A stretch of 63,691 bases of DNA, filler included, from Octopus bimaculoides (taxonomy: Eukaryota), in assembly GCF_001194135.2 (NCBI RefSeq). It is 7 parts of 6 records of this genome, joined end to end, with 100 filler letters (N's around TTAATTAATTAA, not from the genome) between each part and the next. Parts side by side here need not be neighbours in the genome. Positions count along the whole stretch, not along the records: positions 1 to 15,091 come from NC_068999.1; 6 more parts are not named here. The stretch is one strand, 5' to 3'. Below are positions 1 through 11,500 of the stretch, piece by piece. Position 1 is the first letter of the stretch. Each line of letters starts with the position of its first letter. A program made the position numbers and the translations under genes. A model generated the notes under the pieces. It saw only the letters and a program-made list of their open reading frames with translations, was not told the origin of the DNA and ran no database searches.

Positions 1-865
1 TATATATATATATATATGTATGTATGTATGTATGTATACATGTATATATATACATATGTGTGTGGAAGTATTTGTGTAAGTGAATGAAAGAAGGATAATG
101 ATAGGAGATGTCTATATGTGAATGCATGCCTGTAAGTGATGATATGATAAATAAAGTACTCGAAACTTCTCATTATGTAAAGATATTTTTTTTACCACAC
201 ACACCAGAGAGAGAAATAGAGGGCGAGAAATAGATTGATAGAGAGAGAGACACACGGACATAGAGAGAGTGATAAAGAGATAACATATATATCCTTATGT
301 TTCTGAATATCACTTTTTTGGGATCAGCTTGCTAATACGGTGTATTACAAAATATAACATGAAACAAAACTTAATAGAAAAATATAAATTAATAGATACT
401 ACTATATAGCATTCATCAAAAAAAAAAACACGATTTCAATATCTTGGAGCATTCTTTTTTGTATAATACAGTGGACCGATGAAACACATGACATAAACTA
501 AGGAAATAAACTATATTAAATGGAGTGAAGGATGGTTTACTCGTAATAAATACGTTTATATGAGCCCTGATCGCCTACATCTGAATACGGAAACAACGCG
601 CCACAATCAACTTTTAATAATCTGTCGCAACGATAACATATTTTGAATGTATTACTCGAAGGTATATAAAAGTATATCAAGGGCGGATGAGAAAACAGGA
701 AACAAAATCCTTGAAAGCACACATTGTACCATATCATATATATCTAACTTGTTTGGATGAAGGATGTTTTCCCTTGATCGCTCTCTTGATCGCCTCTCTC
801 GCTTTGCCTCTCTTTATATCTGTACATGGATTCATATGTATGCGTGTATTTATATATGTACATTC

Positions 866-889
<24 letters not shown>

Positions 890-899
<10 letters not shown>

Positions 900-1200
900 G
901 AGAATGTTCGAAAAAACAACAGACGAGGACAGGTGGTGTAAACAACAAAAGGATGTATTAGTATGACGCTCGGGAATACGGAAAGTCTTTAACGTTTCGA
1001 GCTACGCTCTTCAAGAGGAAGAATACGGAGACAAGGAGAAAAACACGGAGAAAAAAAATTGAATAGTGTTCAGCCAATTGTCAATCATAGTAATGGCTGA
1101 CCGGAAGTTTGAAATTTTACACAGGAGAGCTAAGAAAAGGGGAGATAACAAAGCGGGAGAAAGAACGGTGATCGAAGAACGAGGGAATAGATATATATTT
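890..1200 (-). mobile_element. pLTR-like non-autonomous repeat, family P2, copy 1 (carries degenerate HHR-like motif)
   Basis: Collinear with 4095-4395 (shared GACAGGTGGTGTA.ACAAC, AAGTCTTTAACGTTTCGAGCT, CACAGGAGAGCTA.GAA.AGGGGAGATAA) and with the reverse complement of 27365-27625; flanked by (TA)n. Confidence 0.7.
986..1021 (-). ncRNA. Degenerate minimal hammerhead-like motif (family P2)
   Basis: Minus strand CTCTTGA-A-GAGC-gta-GCTC-GAA-ACGT-T-aaag: helix II intact, palindromic ACGT, core has two deviations from CUGANGA. Confidence 0.4.
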
Positions 1201-1768
1201 ATATATGTGTGTGTGTGTGTGTATATGTATATATATGTATATATATATATATACATATATATATATACATACATACATATATACATACATATAAATATAT
1301 ANNNNNNNNNNNNNNNNNNNNNNNNNNNNNNNNNNNNNNNNNNNNNNNNNNNNNNNNNNNNNNNNNNNNNNNNNNNNNNNNNNNNNNNNNNNNNNNNNNN
1401 NNNNNNNNNNNNNNNNNNNNNNNNNNNNNNNNNNNNNNNNNNNNNNNNNNNNNNNNNNNNNNNNNNNNNNNNNNNNNNNNNNNNNNNNNNNNNNNNNNNN
1501 NNNNNNNNNNNNNNNNNNNNNNNNNNNNNNNNNNNNNNNNNNNNNNNNNNNNNNNNNNNNNNNNNNNNNNNNNNNNNNNNNNTATATATATATATATATA
1601 TGAAATATATACATACAGTATTAGATATGTGCATATATATACACTAGGGTACTACTTTAGTACCTATATCGCTAAGAAATAGAAGTCAAAAAATATTTCT
1701 GTACCACCGAATAGTCACAAATATGTTACAGATATGAGAAACATATATCAGTCAACAATAATATTGTC

Positions 1769-1987
1769 ATTATTTACATTATTTACATTATTTACATTTG
1801 ACAGATATTTGTCCTCATCTTGTTTGTTGTTAACACAACGTTTCGGCTGATATACCCTCCAACCTTCGTCAGGTGTCTTGGGGAAATTTAGAACCTGGGT
1901 TCTCAATCCTAACGATGTTGCTATTATTATATTATTATTATTATTACTAATCAGGTCGCTGCCGTGAATCGAACTCGGAATCTTGGG
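1769..1987 (-). mobile_element. tRNA-headed, HHR-bearing SINE (family H), left arm of inverted pair
   Basis: Minus strand reads B-box GAGTTCGATTC, (TAA)n, body, HHR, then (AATGTAAAT)n tail; reverse complement of 1998-2185 with a few substitutions. Confidence 0.8.
1832..1877 (-). ncRNA. Minimal type I hammerhead ribozyme motif
   Basis: gacac-CTGACGA-a-ggttg[10 nt]cagcc-GAA-ACGT-T-gtgtt; helix II substitution retains pairing as U-G wobble. Confidence 0.7.
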
Positions 1988-1997
1988 NNNNNNNNNN

Positions 1998-2185
1998 ACC
2001 TGATTAATAATAATAATAATAATATAATAATAGCAACATCGTTAGGATTGAGAACCCAGGTTCTAAATTTCCCCAAGACACCTGACGAAGGCTGGAGGGT
2101 ATATCAGCCGAAACGTTGTGTTAACAACAAACAAGATGCGGACAAATATCCGTCAAATGTAAATAATATAAATAATGTAAATAAT
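1998..2185 (+). mobile_element. Family H SINE, right arm of inverted pair
   Basis: ACCTGA-(TAA)n-body-HHR-(AATGTAAAT)n; same sequence family as 40481-40605. Confidence 0.8.
2077..2122 (+). ncRNA. Minimal type I hammerhead ribozyme motif
   Basis: Helix I gacac(2077-2081)/gtgtt(2118-2122); CTGACGA 2082-2088; helix II ggctg/cagcc; GAA 2110-2112; palindrome ACGT 2113-2116; predicted cleavage after U2117. Confidence 0.75.
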
Positions 2186-2252
2186 TCCTCATCTCTTAAA
2201 TATAGAACTGAATAATAATGTCTTACTGGGTCAGAACAAGTAAATGCTTGTC

Positions 2253-2314
2253 AACCTGGTACCGGTTTCGAAGCTTAGCGCCAAATAGGTGCCCCATTTC
2301 TCATCAGCCAAACT
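2253..2314 (-). ncRNA. Minimal type I hammerhead ribozyme motif (ACCGGT palindrome, GUA site)
   Basis: agtttgg-CTGATGA-gaa...ttc-GAA-ACCGGT-A-ccaggtt: all core nucleotides canonical; helix I 7 bp including wobbles. Confidence 0.7.
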
Positions 2315-2439
2315 CCACCAGCTAGATTGCTACTATACATAAATACAAATTTCGTTTGTTTCTATAGTGCTTGGTCACTCCGAACGAATTTTTGCAGCCA
2401 AGGTGGGTGAGAATGTTAGTAGTAATTTAGCTGGCGGAC

Positions 2440-2497
2440 TTTGGCTGATGAGAAATCGGGTACCTATTTGGCGCTAAGTTTCGGAACCGGTACCAGG
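2440..2497 (+). ncRNA. Hammerhead motif with A13G change
   Basis: tttgg-CTGATGA-gaaa...tttc-GGA-ACCGGT-A-ccagg; mirror copy of 2253-2314. Confidence 0.55.
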
Positions 2498-2865
2498 CTG
2501 ACCAGCATTTACTTGTTCCGTCCCAGTAGAGGTAAGACATTATTATTGTTCACTGATATTTTTATCCTATCATGTCTGTACTAGATTTGAGACTATTCGA
2601 TGGTACAGAAATATTTTTTGACCTCTATATCTTTAGCGATACAGGTACTCATGTAGTACACTTCTGTATATATATATGTACATACCTAATATTTTATATA
2701 TATATATTATCAATTTGCCTGTACGGCTGATAATTCGCTTACCACTAGTGATGGTATTTTAATAATATCATCCATAGCGGTCTATAGCTCTTTTGTCTTA
2801 ATTACAGTCACCCGCACAGTAATTTCCCTTTGTTTAACGGTCATTTTCATAGGAATTTTCAATGA

Positions 2866-2933
2866 CCAGATAACCGAAGAGATGGCGGCGTGGGTTTCCG
2901 CCCCGTCATCCGAAACTCGGAGTTTTATCATGG
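2866..2933 (+). ncRNA. Minimal hammerhead motif with U4C change (family P5)
   Basis: Helix I cca-gataa/ttatc-a-tgg; CCGAAGA 2874-2880; 8-bp helix II gatggcgg/ccgtcatc; GAA; ACTC-G-GAGT; U17 at 2924. Confidence 0.6.
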
Positions 2934-3464
2934 CTTCTGAATAAGTGTCACATATTTTTACAGATAAATTCCTCTATTTACATAATAACGAGGACTCTTT
3001 CTTTTTTTTGTTGTCCTTTCTATCAATATATATATATGTATGTATGTATGTATGTATATATGTACTCATAAAGAGAGACATACACGCACGCACACACACG
3101 CGCACACTCACGTACACACAATCATATATATACGTGTGTGTGTGCTTGTACTTGTGTGTGTGTGTAAGTGTGACTATGTGTGATTTTACATAAGTTAATA
3201 TATAGTGCGAATATGTACATAATAAGCTATATTATGAAGTAACTGTCTAGTTTTTGAGCCGTTAATTTAATTACTTTGATTTACTAGCGATACAAAGTAG
3301 AAGTAATCGCTTAGCACAAATCCTGTAGATATATTTCTTAGCAAAACTGAGTATGCAAAATATATTCTGCATCAACATCACTAATTTGCACCATAGAAAT
3401 ATTAGCCAAAATTATGAATAAGAGTGGTATCAGTCAGTGACTTGAAATACAATTCCAAAAGGGT

Positions 3465-3762
3465 CCCAGTTGATCGGATCAACAGAACAGCCTGCTACTG
3501 AAACTAACATGCAGGTTGCTGAGCACTACACAGATACGGGTAACATTACCGTATTTCCCACAGAGATGCAACGTGACACAGAATTCCACAAGGTCGTCCA
3601 TTGAACTACGGCTACAACTCACTTTTGCTAGCTGAGTGAGGTGGATCAACGTGAAATAGTTTATGTTGCTCAGACGCCCTGCTATTTTCGAACTCACGAC
3701 ATTACAATAGTGAGCCGAACACCAACATGCCACGAGCATTTACAATTCCGAAATGTTAGTAA
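3465..3762 (-). mobile_element. tRNA-derived SINE, family B tail with a different, older head
   Basis: Shares GCAGGCTGTTC.GTTGATC.GATCAACTGG with 25995-26352 and 62442-62740; B-box-like GAGTTCGAAA in head. Confidence 0.7.
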
Positions 3763-4094
3763 AATATAGGGTAGTCGATGGCTGAGGATCGTATAATGAA
3801 CGTGAAATGGCATCGTCCAGTCCATTTCTATGTTACTATCCACAAAGTGAATTTGATTAACTAATGAAAGGAATAAAAACGCAAAAGCGATTGATATACA
3901 TTTAACTTATTTCAGTAAGTAAAATAAACATGGCAAGCACATCAGTAATACATACCTACACATGTGCAGATATATACATGCATATACACAGATACACACA
4001 CACATACATACATACATACATACATACATACATACATACACACATACATACATACATACATACATACATACACACATACATACATACATACATA

Positions 4095-4395
4095 CATACA
4101 AATATATATATATAGGGAGAATTCAGAAAAAAAGCAAAACAAAATACGAAGACAGGTGGTGTAGACAACAAACATATGTATTAGTTTAAGGCTCGGAAGT
4201 GAAAAAGTCTTTAACGTTTCGAGCTTACGCTCTTCCACAGAAAGCAACACAGAAAGAAACAAGGAGAGATAATAAAGAATGTGTAGTGTCTAGCGAGCTA
4301 TCATGGCGAATGCCGATAGAGGGGTCACACAGGAGAGCTAGGAAGAAGGGGAGATAATAAAGTAGTGGTGATCCCAAAATGAAGATATATATATA
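4095..4395 (-). mobile_element. Family P2 repeat, copy 2
   Basis: Collinear with 890-1200 and 27365-27625. Confidence 0.7.
4209..4244 (-). ncRNA. Hammerhead-like motif with variant core CUGUGGA
   Basis: cttt-CTGTGGA-A-GAGC-gtaa-GCTC-GAA-ACGT-T-aaag; helices I and II pair perfectly; A6 replaced by U. Confidence 0.55.
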
Positions 4396-6217
4396 TACAA
4401 GAGTTAAGGAATGGAGTAGACAAGACCAGCATTGCATATGTTTCATAGCGAGCAGAACCTAGGATGTGGTAAATATCCAAGCGAGGTGTATACCATAGGC
4501 TACTCTTCAGGCCAAGGATATCTTGATTAAATGAAAATTTATATTGTTACAAGGAGGTATAGTTTAACACATGGAAGTTTCAATCAAAATGTGTAGAGAG
4601 CACATTAGATAATGCCCTGTTGAGGATTATGTTTAGTGTACCTATCCGAGTCGACTTGAATGGCACTATCTTGAAAATGTCATGCCTTGTGGCATCGGAG
4701 ACCATCACTTCACCTCCGTATAATGCATGGCCTCCTAGTGATGGCAGCCCAAGTTTCTAAAATTGTTGCTAAATGTTCGACGAATATTAATACTTGTGTC
4801 TCTGGTAATTTCTTATAAAGCGTTGTTCTTAAATTTAGATGAGTTTGTATACAATGAAGAGATGTGGAACCTCACAGTTTCGTATTGACAATTCATTCGA
4901 CAGAAGATATATTGGTAAACAATATATTAGATTAAATTGTTGGCAACAATTTTCTCTTTCTCTCATTCTAAGGGTCATTCCTGAAACGCCAGATTCCCCT
5001 TCTGCTGGCTTCATGTAAACTTATACACACTTATGAACTGCTAATGGAACACTCTCTGCTTTTGTAAATCCCATATTACCTTGCCTGTAATATATTTCAG
5101 CCCTTTCATCTCAGAACTTCAGAGCTATTGCATTTTCAGCCTTCCCTTTTAGTTTGCCTTACCAACTAACATCCAAACATCCAATTGAACCTTAACCCTA
5201 GACCTAACTCTAACTCTGACCTTATTATTCACATTGAAACGTCCCTACAGAACACTCATGAAGAGAGAATAGAAATGTTATTATGAACAAGGCAGCACTC
5301 ATAGAATAGTTTAAATGAATGGAAAACAAGTAAAATATCGTACCTTTTGATGGAAGCTTACGCAAAGACTTGGAAAATGTTAAAACGTTTGAAGTTGATT
5401 CGTTTAAAATATCATCTACAATATATCGCTGGAGAAGCTCCAGATCAATAAAATATATAAAAAAAATATATCAACCATATTTGTGTTTTCATTCTATCCC
5501 AATATCTCCACAGCTGATGTTTGAAGTAATAATCCAAATGTTTGTATCCTGAAAGTCAATATTATGATGTACGGTATAATTTGATAAAAAAATATCAGAA
5601 TGTATTTATTCACCGGGTGTTTTGCAAATCGTAAATCTTGATACAACAATATTTTATTTTCAATTTTAAGTTAGTTTTACACGCTCTTATGCTTCAGATA
5701 TTTCAAGATATGTTTCTTTCTTGCTAGATTTAATGTCAATGTGATTTTCTATTTTTTTCTCTTTTACAAATCTTTTACTATTTGAATAGTAAAATCATTC
5801 AGCCATTCTAAATCCAATGATACATTATCGAGATGTTTACAGTAATATGTTTTGGGTATAGGGCAATTCGTGTATATAGAATATAGAATATTTCTGCTTT
5901 ATTTACGTTTACACTTGTGTTAGATGTAATATAGCATTTAGCTTTAGTTCCTGCAATAAGACCACATTACCAAGTAATATGTGTAGATGTAGAGGGATAT
6001 TTTAATTTACCACGAGTTTTCAATATCTAAAGCACGTTTGATATTTCAGATGTGGCTTCCATGAATAAAAATATGTAATATGACATATTATTATTATTAT
6101 TATTATGGTGTTTTTTATGCATAATTTGAAGCTGAATGTAGTTATATAATGTATAACATTATACATAATTTCAAAATATATTTATGAATTCAAGATTCAA
6201 TTATGAATTTACGTATG

Positions 6218-6270
<53 letters not shown>

Positions 6271-6304
6271 NNNNNNNNNNNNNNNNNNNNNNNNNNNNNN
6301 NNNN

Positions 6305-6345
<41 letters not shown>

Positions 6346-6489
6346 TGCATATGTGATTATATATCTGTATGCATATGTACAAACATTCACACACACACAT
6401 ATATTTACATATATACATAAATATACATGCACACACGTATACATGCATGAATGTGTATGTATCTTCTATTTTTTAATTATTATAAATCT

Positions 6490-7640
6490 TCCTCTGAGGA
6501 GGGAACCGGTTTCCAACAAAGATGCAAAGCTCCATCTTTGGGATGCAGTTAACACAGACAAATTCACATTTGGAACTTGAGAAAAGTTTTACATATTTTT
6601 TCCATAAAAGGGATTTTCTAAGTATATTTCAGGACAGTCTTTTTTTGTGTGGATGGCATTGTAAAGTTGCCGCATAGGAAGGTTTTAAAGTAACACCATT
6701 TTAGGACAGCTGCTAGTCACGTGTGTGATGTCTTCCACAGAAACATGACACAGTCTGCACATGCTCTTGTACTTTGTGTTTGCAAGAGCGTCATTATCTC
6801 TCTTGTTCACCAGGTACTTTGTGGCAACCTCCATTTTCCTGGATTGCAAACGCATAGCCTTCAAAGTGTGGTACGGCGTAGTGATCTTGTGTCCAGGAGG
6901 GGCTGCGCTTCGTGTCAATTCTACTGTCTTCTTCAAGATTCAAGGAAACATACCCATGCATAATCTTTTTTTCTATGCTGAGTGCTTTCCATCCAGGTTT
7001 TCTCAGACGTAAGAGAACCCAGCTGTTTTGGGGCTGTATAGGAGATCATCAAGAAGAGAATTCCTCTTGAGGAGTTCACTGCCAACTCATACAATGCTGC
7101 TCACTTTTCAGCACTGCATTTATTTATTTATTTATTCTTGTTTGGCTTCTTTCGTCTTAGGCAGACCCTTTCGATATCACTGTTTCTGTGGAAGTTCCCA
7201 GTTGTTGTCAGAATTTTGCGTGTTTTGATATCTATGGAGTGGATTTCCTGTACAGACCAATCGAGCATTCCAGATGTTGGGATCAGCACTGGTACTGAAA
7301 AGGCATTGTGGATATTGTTTTGTTGTAAGAGGGGTGGTCCGACCGCCATATTTTCCTAAGGCTGGTGTAATATTCCCGGGTCACTCTATCTTTATTCACA
7401 GTGCCTCCATATGATACATTCTTGTCTATGCCTAGTTACTTGTGACATTCTTTGTGTGGAATGGGTGAGAAAGAGAGACCGTTGATGCTCAGGTTTTGGG
7501 TTTGGGGGACTGACTTTCTTCGTTCTATAACCAGATATGAACATTCCTTGTGGCTAAGTTCCATGTTGGCATTGTTAACACTTTTAACATAAATCTTCAG
7601 GTAGTCTGCAAAGAAATTATGAGTTACATTGATATTTCTA
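6490..7640 (-). mobile_element. Decayed R4/Dong-type non-LTR retrotransposon (RT C-terminus, CCHC knuckle, 3' UTR; RLE domain deleted)
   Basis: Minus-strand NVTHNFFADYLKIY (decayed F(V)DD RT motif, 7589-7626); CRLCHVSVEDITHVTSSCPKM; 6490-6590 is the reverse complement of the 3' UTR at 47705-47790. Confidence 0.85.
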
Positions 7641-7989
7641 GCAGTTCATGATTCTTATGTATGTATGTATGTATGTATGTATGCATGTATGTATGTATGT
7701 ATGTATGCATGTATGCATGCATGTATGTATGTATGTTTGTATACTTAGTGGGTCTAGACGAAAAGGCATGCTGCAAGACTTCTTTTTAGATTCATTCCTT
7801 TAATTTAATCTATTATGTCCTGCACTTGTCCACTTTCAAATACTCTATTTGAACCTTTGTATGTGGACAGCTTTGAAAGAAAATGTGAGGAAGTATGGAA
7901 TTCGAGATAACCTAGTATATGCGAAGGAATGGCTGAACGTAGAGGCTAGTGCAAGATTAGCAGTTTTGAGACAGAAATAAAGTTAAAAT

Positions 7990-8200
7990 AAGGGAGTTCG
8001 GCTGATGACCACATCCACGGTTCAGTCCCCTGACTGGGCTAAGTGTTATGTCATTGAGCAAGGCACTTCAATTCACATTGTTACCTCCTATTCAGGCAAA
8101 AATGTATAACTGCTCAGTCCTGGTGCGACTCTACCTACCAGCTGTAATATCATGAACGTGTTGCTGAATTAAGGACTAGAGGAATCAATATGTAATCTAT
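7990..8200 (+). mobile_element. Old tRNA-SINE remnant
   Basis: GGTTCAGTCCC B-box-like motif followed by TTGAGCAAGGCACTT.A.T.CACATTG, typical of SINE bodies. Confidence 0.4.
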
Positions 8201-8228
8201 GTCTTCTAGTTTCTTAAAAAATAATTAA

Positions 8229-8552
8229 TGTAAGGACGGTACGTATTATTAAGCCATACCCGTTCGTGGGTGGAAAATGATTTTTTTCTTAAAGTGCCTG
8301 CACCAGATGGGAGTGCAGGTTTCAGGTAGATCACACGTGTGCTTTGTAGATTAATAATTGTTGGTTGAAAAGCTACTGGATTTAGAGAGAAAGGTCAGTT
8401 GGTATGATGCGGTGTTGTCTGAGTCTGAGAGTATGTTTTCTCCTATAGGGATCCACAATAAACGTCAGATGCACCAATTGGTGCTCCTTTGCGGTTTGTA
8501 GTTAAGTGCTGCTCATCATTTAGGTGGTTGTTTGCAAATATACTTTCTTACA
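8229..8552 (+). mobile_element. Candidate solo LTR
   Basis: 324 bp bounded by TGTAAG...CTTACA; internal AATAAA at 8457-8462; no matching target-site duplication seen. Confidence 0.4.
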
Positions 8553-11500
8553 AACACGATATAGTGTCACCGTTTCCACGAAAGAAAACCTCCCTGATCA
8601 CGCCAACTTCCATTTATCACACTGTGAAGTCTGTAGGGTAATCGACGTAGGTACACAGACACACACGCACACGTTCGCACATAGATACACACATGTACGC
8701 ATCTACGCACGCATAAATATACGTTTATAGATCATGCTTTTATAGCTACTAGCATAATGTAATGCAATATGTGTCTCGTGTTTAGTGACTCTGTTCACCA
8801 AATCCACTCATGTCCTCTAAACTAGCATACAGTTTGAAGAAGGAGTGCCAATTTTCAAGCAAGATTTAAAATAAAACATGTAAAATAGCGGAAAATCCAT
8901 CACAGCGAACCACCGTCCAACTGCTCCAAGAGTAGGGACAGCCTTCACATACTATTTCTTAAAAGGTGGATAATGTTGCGATGAAATTCAGACATCATGC
9001 ATAAATGGTCAATATTCAGCATATCATGAAATTAATCTTGCTTCCGTCTCACTGTTTCTCTGTAAACAGTCTATAAATATACTAAAGAACGAACGCTTTA
9101 TCAATCTCAAGAGGTATATATATATTATTTAGTGCTTTTGAATATCATAGAAGTGAGAGGGGAGAAGTTAAAGTGATCGCCTTATAAGAATCATAGATTT
9201 AATAGACGTATCGTGAAGTCATTCGTATGTTACACACTAAGTAGTAGCAGAATATATAAAATAATAGGACTGTTACCGAAAACCCTCAAACTTAGTCATT
9301 CAAAATTCTGCTCTGACACCTGTTCACGTGAATAAATTCTATTAGCACAAGATTCCCAAAACAGTAACGTACAATTCAACTGGACGAATATGATTTCCAA
9401 ATCGTTTTTTTATTCTCATAATCAATAGATAACTATTGCATGTAACCCTAGTTGAAACACCAGATCTTACGTGTGCAAATATAAGCGGCATTCTCGAATA
9501 TAGCCCGCTCAAAACGTAAGTCTAAAACATGATCTTAACTGATTTCAATCTCAATACAAGCAGAATTTATCGCACAGCATTGATGTATGGAAATTATTAC
9601 ATATAGTTGTAAATATTCAAGAATTAAGAGAAGCCTTTGAAAAAACATATCAATGTCAACGCAATTCTAAGTAAAAGGAAAATCCTAAGAATTCCTGGCT
9701 AAACAATGATATTTAATTGGTTGTGATGAATGCGTTGTAAGTGAAGATCTGAAACAAACGAGATGACAGCATGACAGTAATAATGGGATTGAGATTTGCC
9801 AATGGGAGAGTGAAAAATAATAATTAGCGCAGTAAAATATATATGGATTCTTAAAGATGCTAAAAATATAAAGAAGTGTTAAGCAAACATCCAAGTGCGT
9901 ATTTGCTCGATGTTATGAATGAGTAAAGACCTAAAAAAATGTCAATTTATCAAGTTAAATACGGCAACCGACCAACCAAATCAAATGGACTTGGAAGGAA
10001 TCCTAGTTGACAGTAATATAATGATTCTATAACAAAACCTATTCATATTAATATCTGACATGGTCCAAGAATAACTTCAGAAGTTACACTGTTATGACAA
10101 AAAAATATTATATATGAAATGAAGCTGAACTGATAAGTAAGAATGTGAATATATTATGAAGATGCTCTAGAAAGAGATATCAGCTGAGGGGATCAGAGCA
10201 ATGCAGAAATAACCTTACAGTTAATCTAATGAACTAACAATAATTAGTGAAACGCAAACTAGTTTACAAAAACGGAAGGAAAAATAAATGAGTAGATTCT
10301 TAATATTTTGGCAGTAAAAAAAAAAATATTGGATTAACAGTTAAATATTTACCACAAATTCATTAGTTATTAACATCATATTTCATATAATTACGTGCAG
10401 CGTGTGGGATGTGGTGGTACAGATTATAGGGATAAAATATAATAACACCCTAACGGGCGTGAATGGACTTCGCTGTGCCTATTTGGCGTCGACTGTTGGA
10501 CGCTGATTTATATATCGTCAGGCGGTTCTTTGGCACTTTGAAAATTATTTTTATTTAGATTTACAACAGGGTCTTATTGTCGCGTTCTAACTCAGGGTGC
10601 ATCCATATTCACATCTCTCAAATTTCGTAAATTATTTCCATCACCTCGAAAGAATTAGAATCCCCGTTCATACAGCGGCCTAGATAAGGTCATGATAAGG
10701 TCATGAAAGAAATTAATGTTACGTATTTTCCCTATTTTTCTCTCAAAAACCGTAAATGTAACGATGTTTTGTTAGTATTTATTTACATTTTATACAAACT
10801 GTCAGTCTGTTTTATGACTAAGATGAAAGAGATTGCCATGCTCAAGTTTTAAACGAATTTCAAATTACAATTAGTTGATTTCGACCTTTACAAATTAATA
10901 TGTTATTTCTTCGTGTACCTGCGACCATGTTTATCACTCCTAATTCTATCCTGGATATCGAATATATTTCGTTGTTGACAAGTAGCTCCAGTTCAACTTT
11001 GATACAAAACCAGATTTCGGTGTAGCCTTAAGAATCTTATTATACCTGTTTACAAGCTCGTATTAGGGATGGTGTTAAAAGTTTCTCCTGTTCTTGTAAT
11101 ACGATATGCCGGCTGATTAAACCCTGATCTGTAATCAACAAAGTCCTATCAGAAAAGCCACTCCCACCACAATCATGTTTTCAGACCCAGTGAACCTACA
11201 AGTATCTCATAAATGTATTCTTCCCGTTCTGGACGATTATAGGACGTGATGTAAAACACACTTGTATTAGGGCGATTCGTCTAATATCATCTTTGACAGT
11301 AGAACGTTTTAGCTCTTGATCATGTTTTACCAACACCTTTTAGATCAGATCTAGTTCTACAAAAATATGTATTCAATAAGGGACAAACCATATCCAATGT
11401 GTAATTTTCCCTTCTGGTATTGTTTAACAGAACCACATTTTAGAATGTTTTATTTCTTTTTTTTTATTTTTGAGACAAGACAATAGAGGAGGAGTGGAAA

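Larger units (their letters stand above)
2211..2548. mobile_element. Fold-back element: about 125-bp diverged inverted arms (2211-2335, 2419-2548) around an about 85-bp spacer, each arm with an HHR motif
   Basis: Arms align by eye as reverse complements with roughly one difference per 10 nt and a 6-nt indel near the outer end. Confidence 0.85.

Noticed and set aside
4520-4950. Minus-strand IVYQY..C peptide suggesting a GIY-YIG domain
   Set aside because: No second YIG motif or C-terminal PLE motifs recoverable by eye.
5188-5225. Telomere-like TAACCC/TAACTC hexamers
   Set aside because: Few, degenerate units; common in repeat debris; not evidence of a telomere.
8003-8040. CTGATGA in old SINE head
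   Set aside because: No helix II or GAAA downstream; not a hammerhead.
10470-10530. Minus-strand CTGACGA ... GAAGT with internal hairpin
   Set aside because: GAAA core and helices I/II not satisfied.
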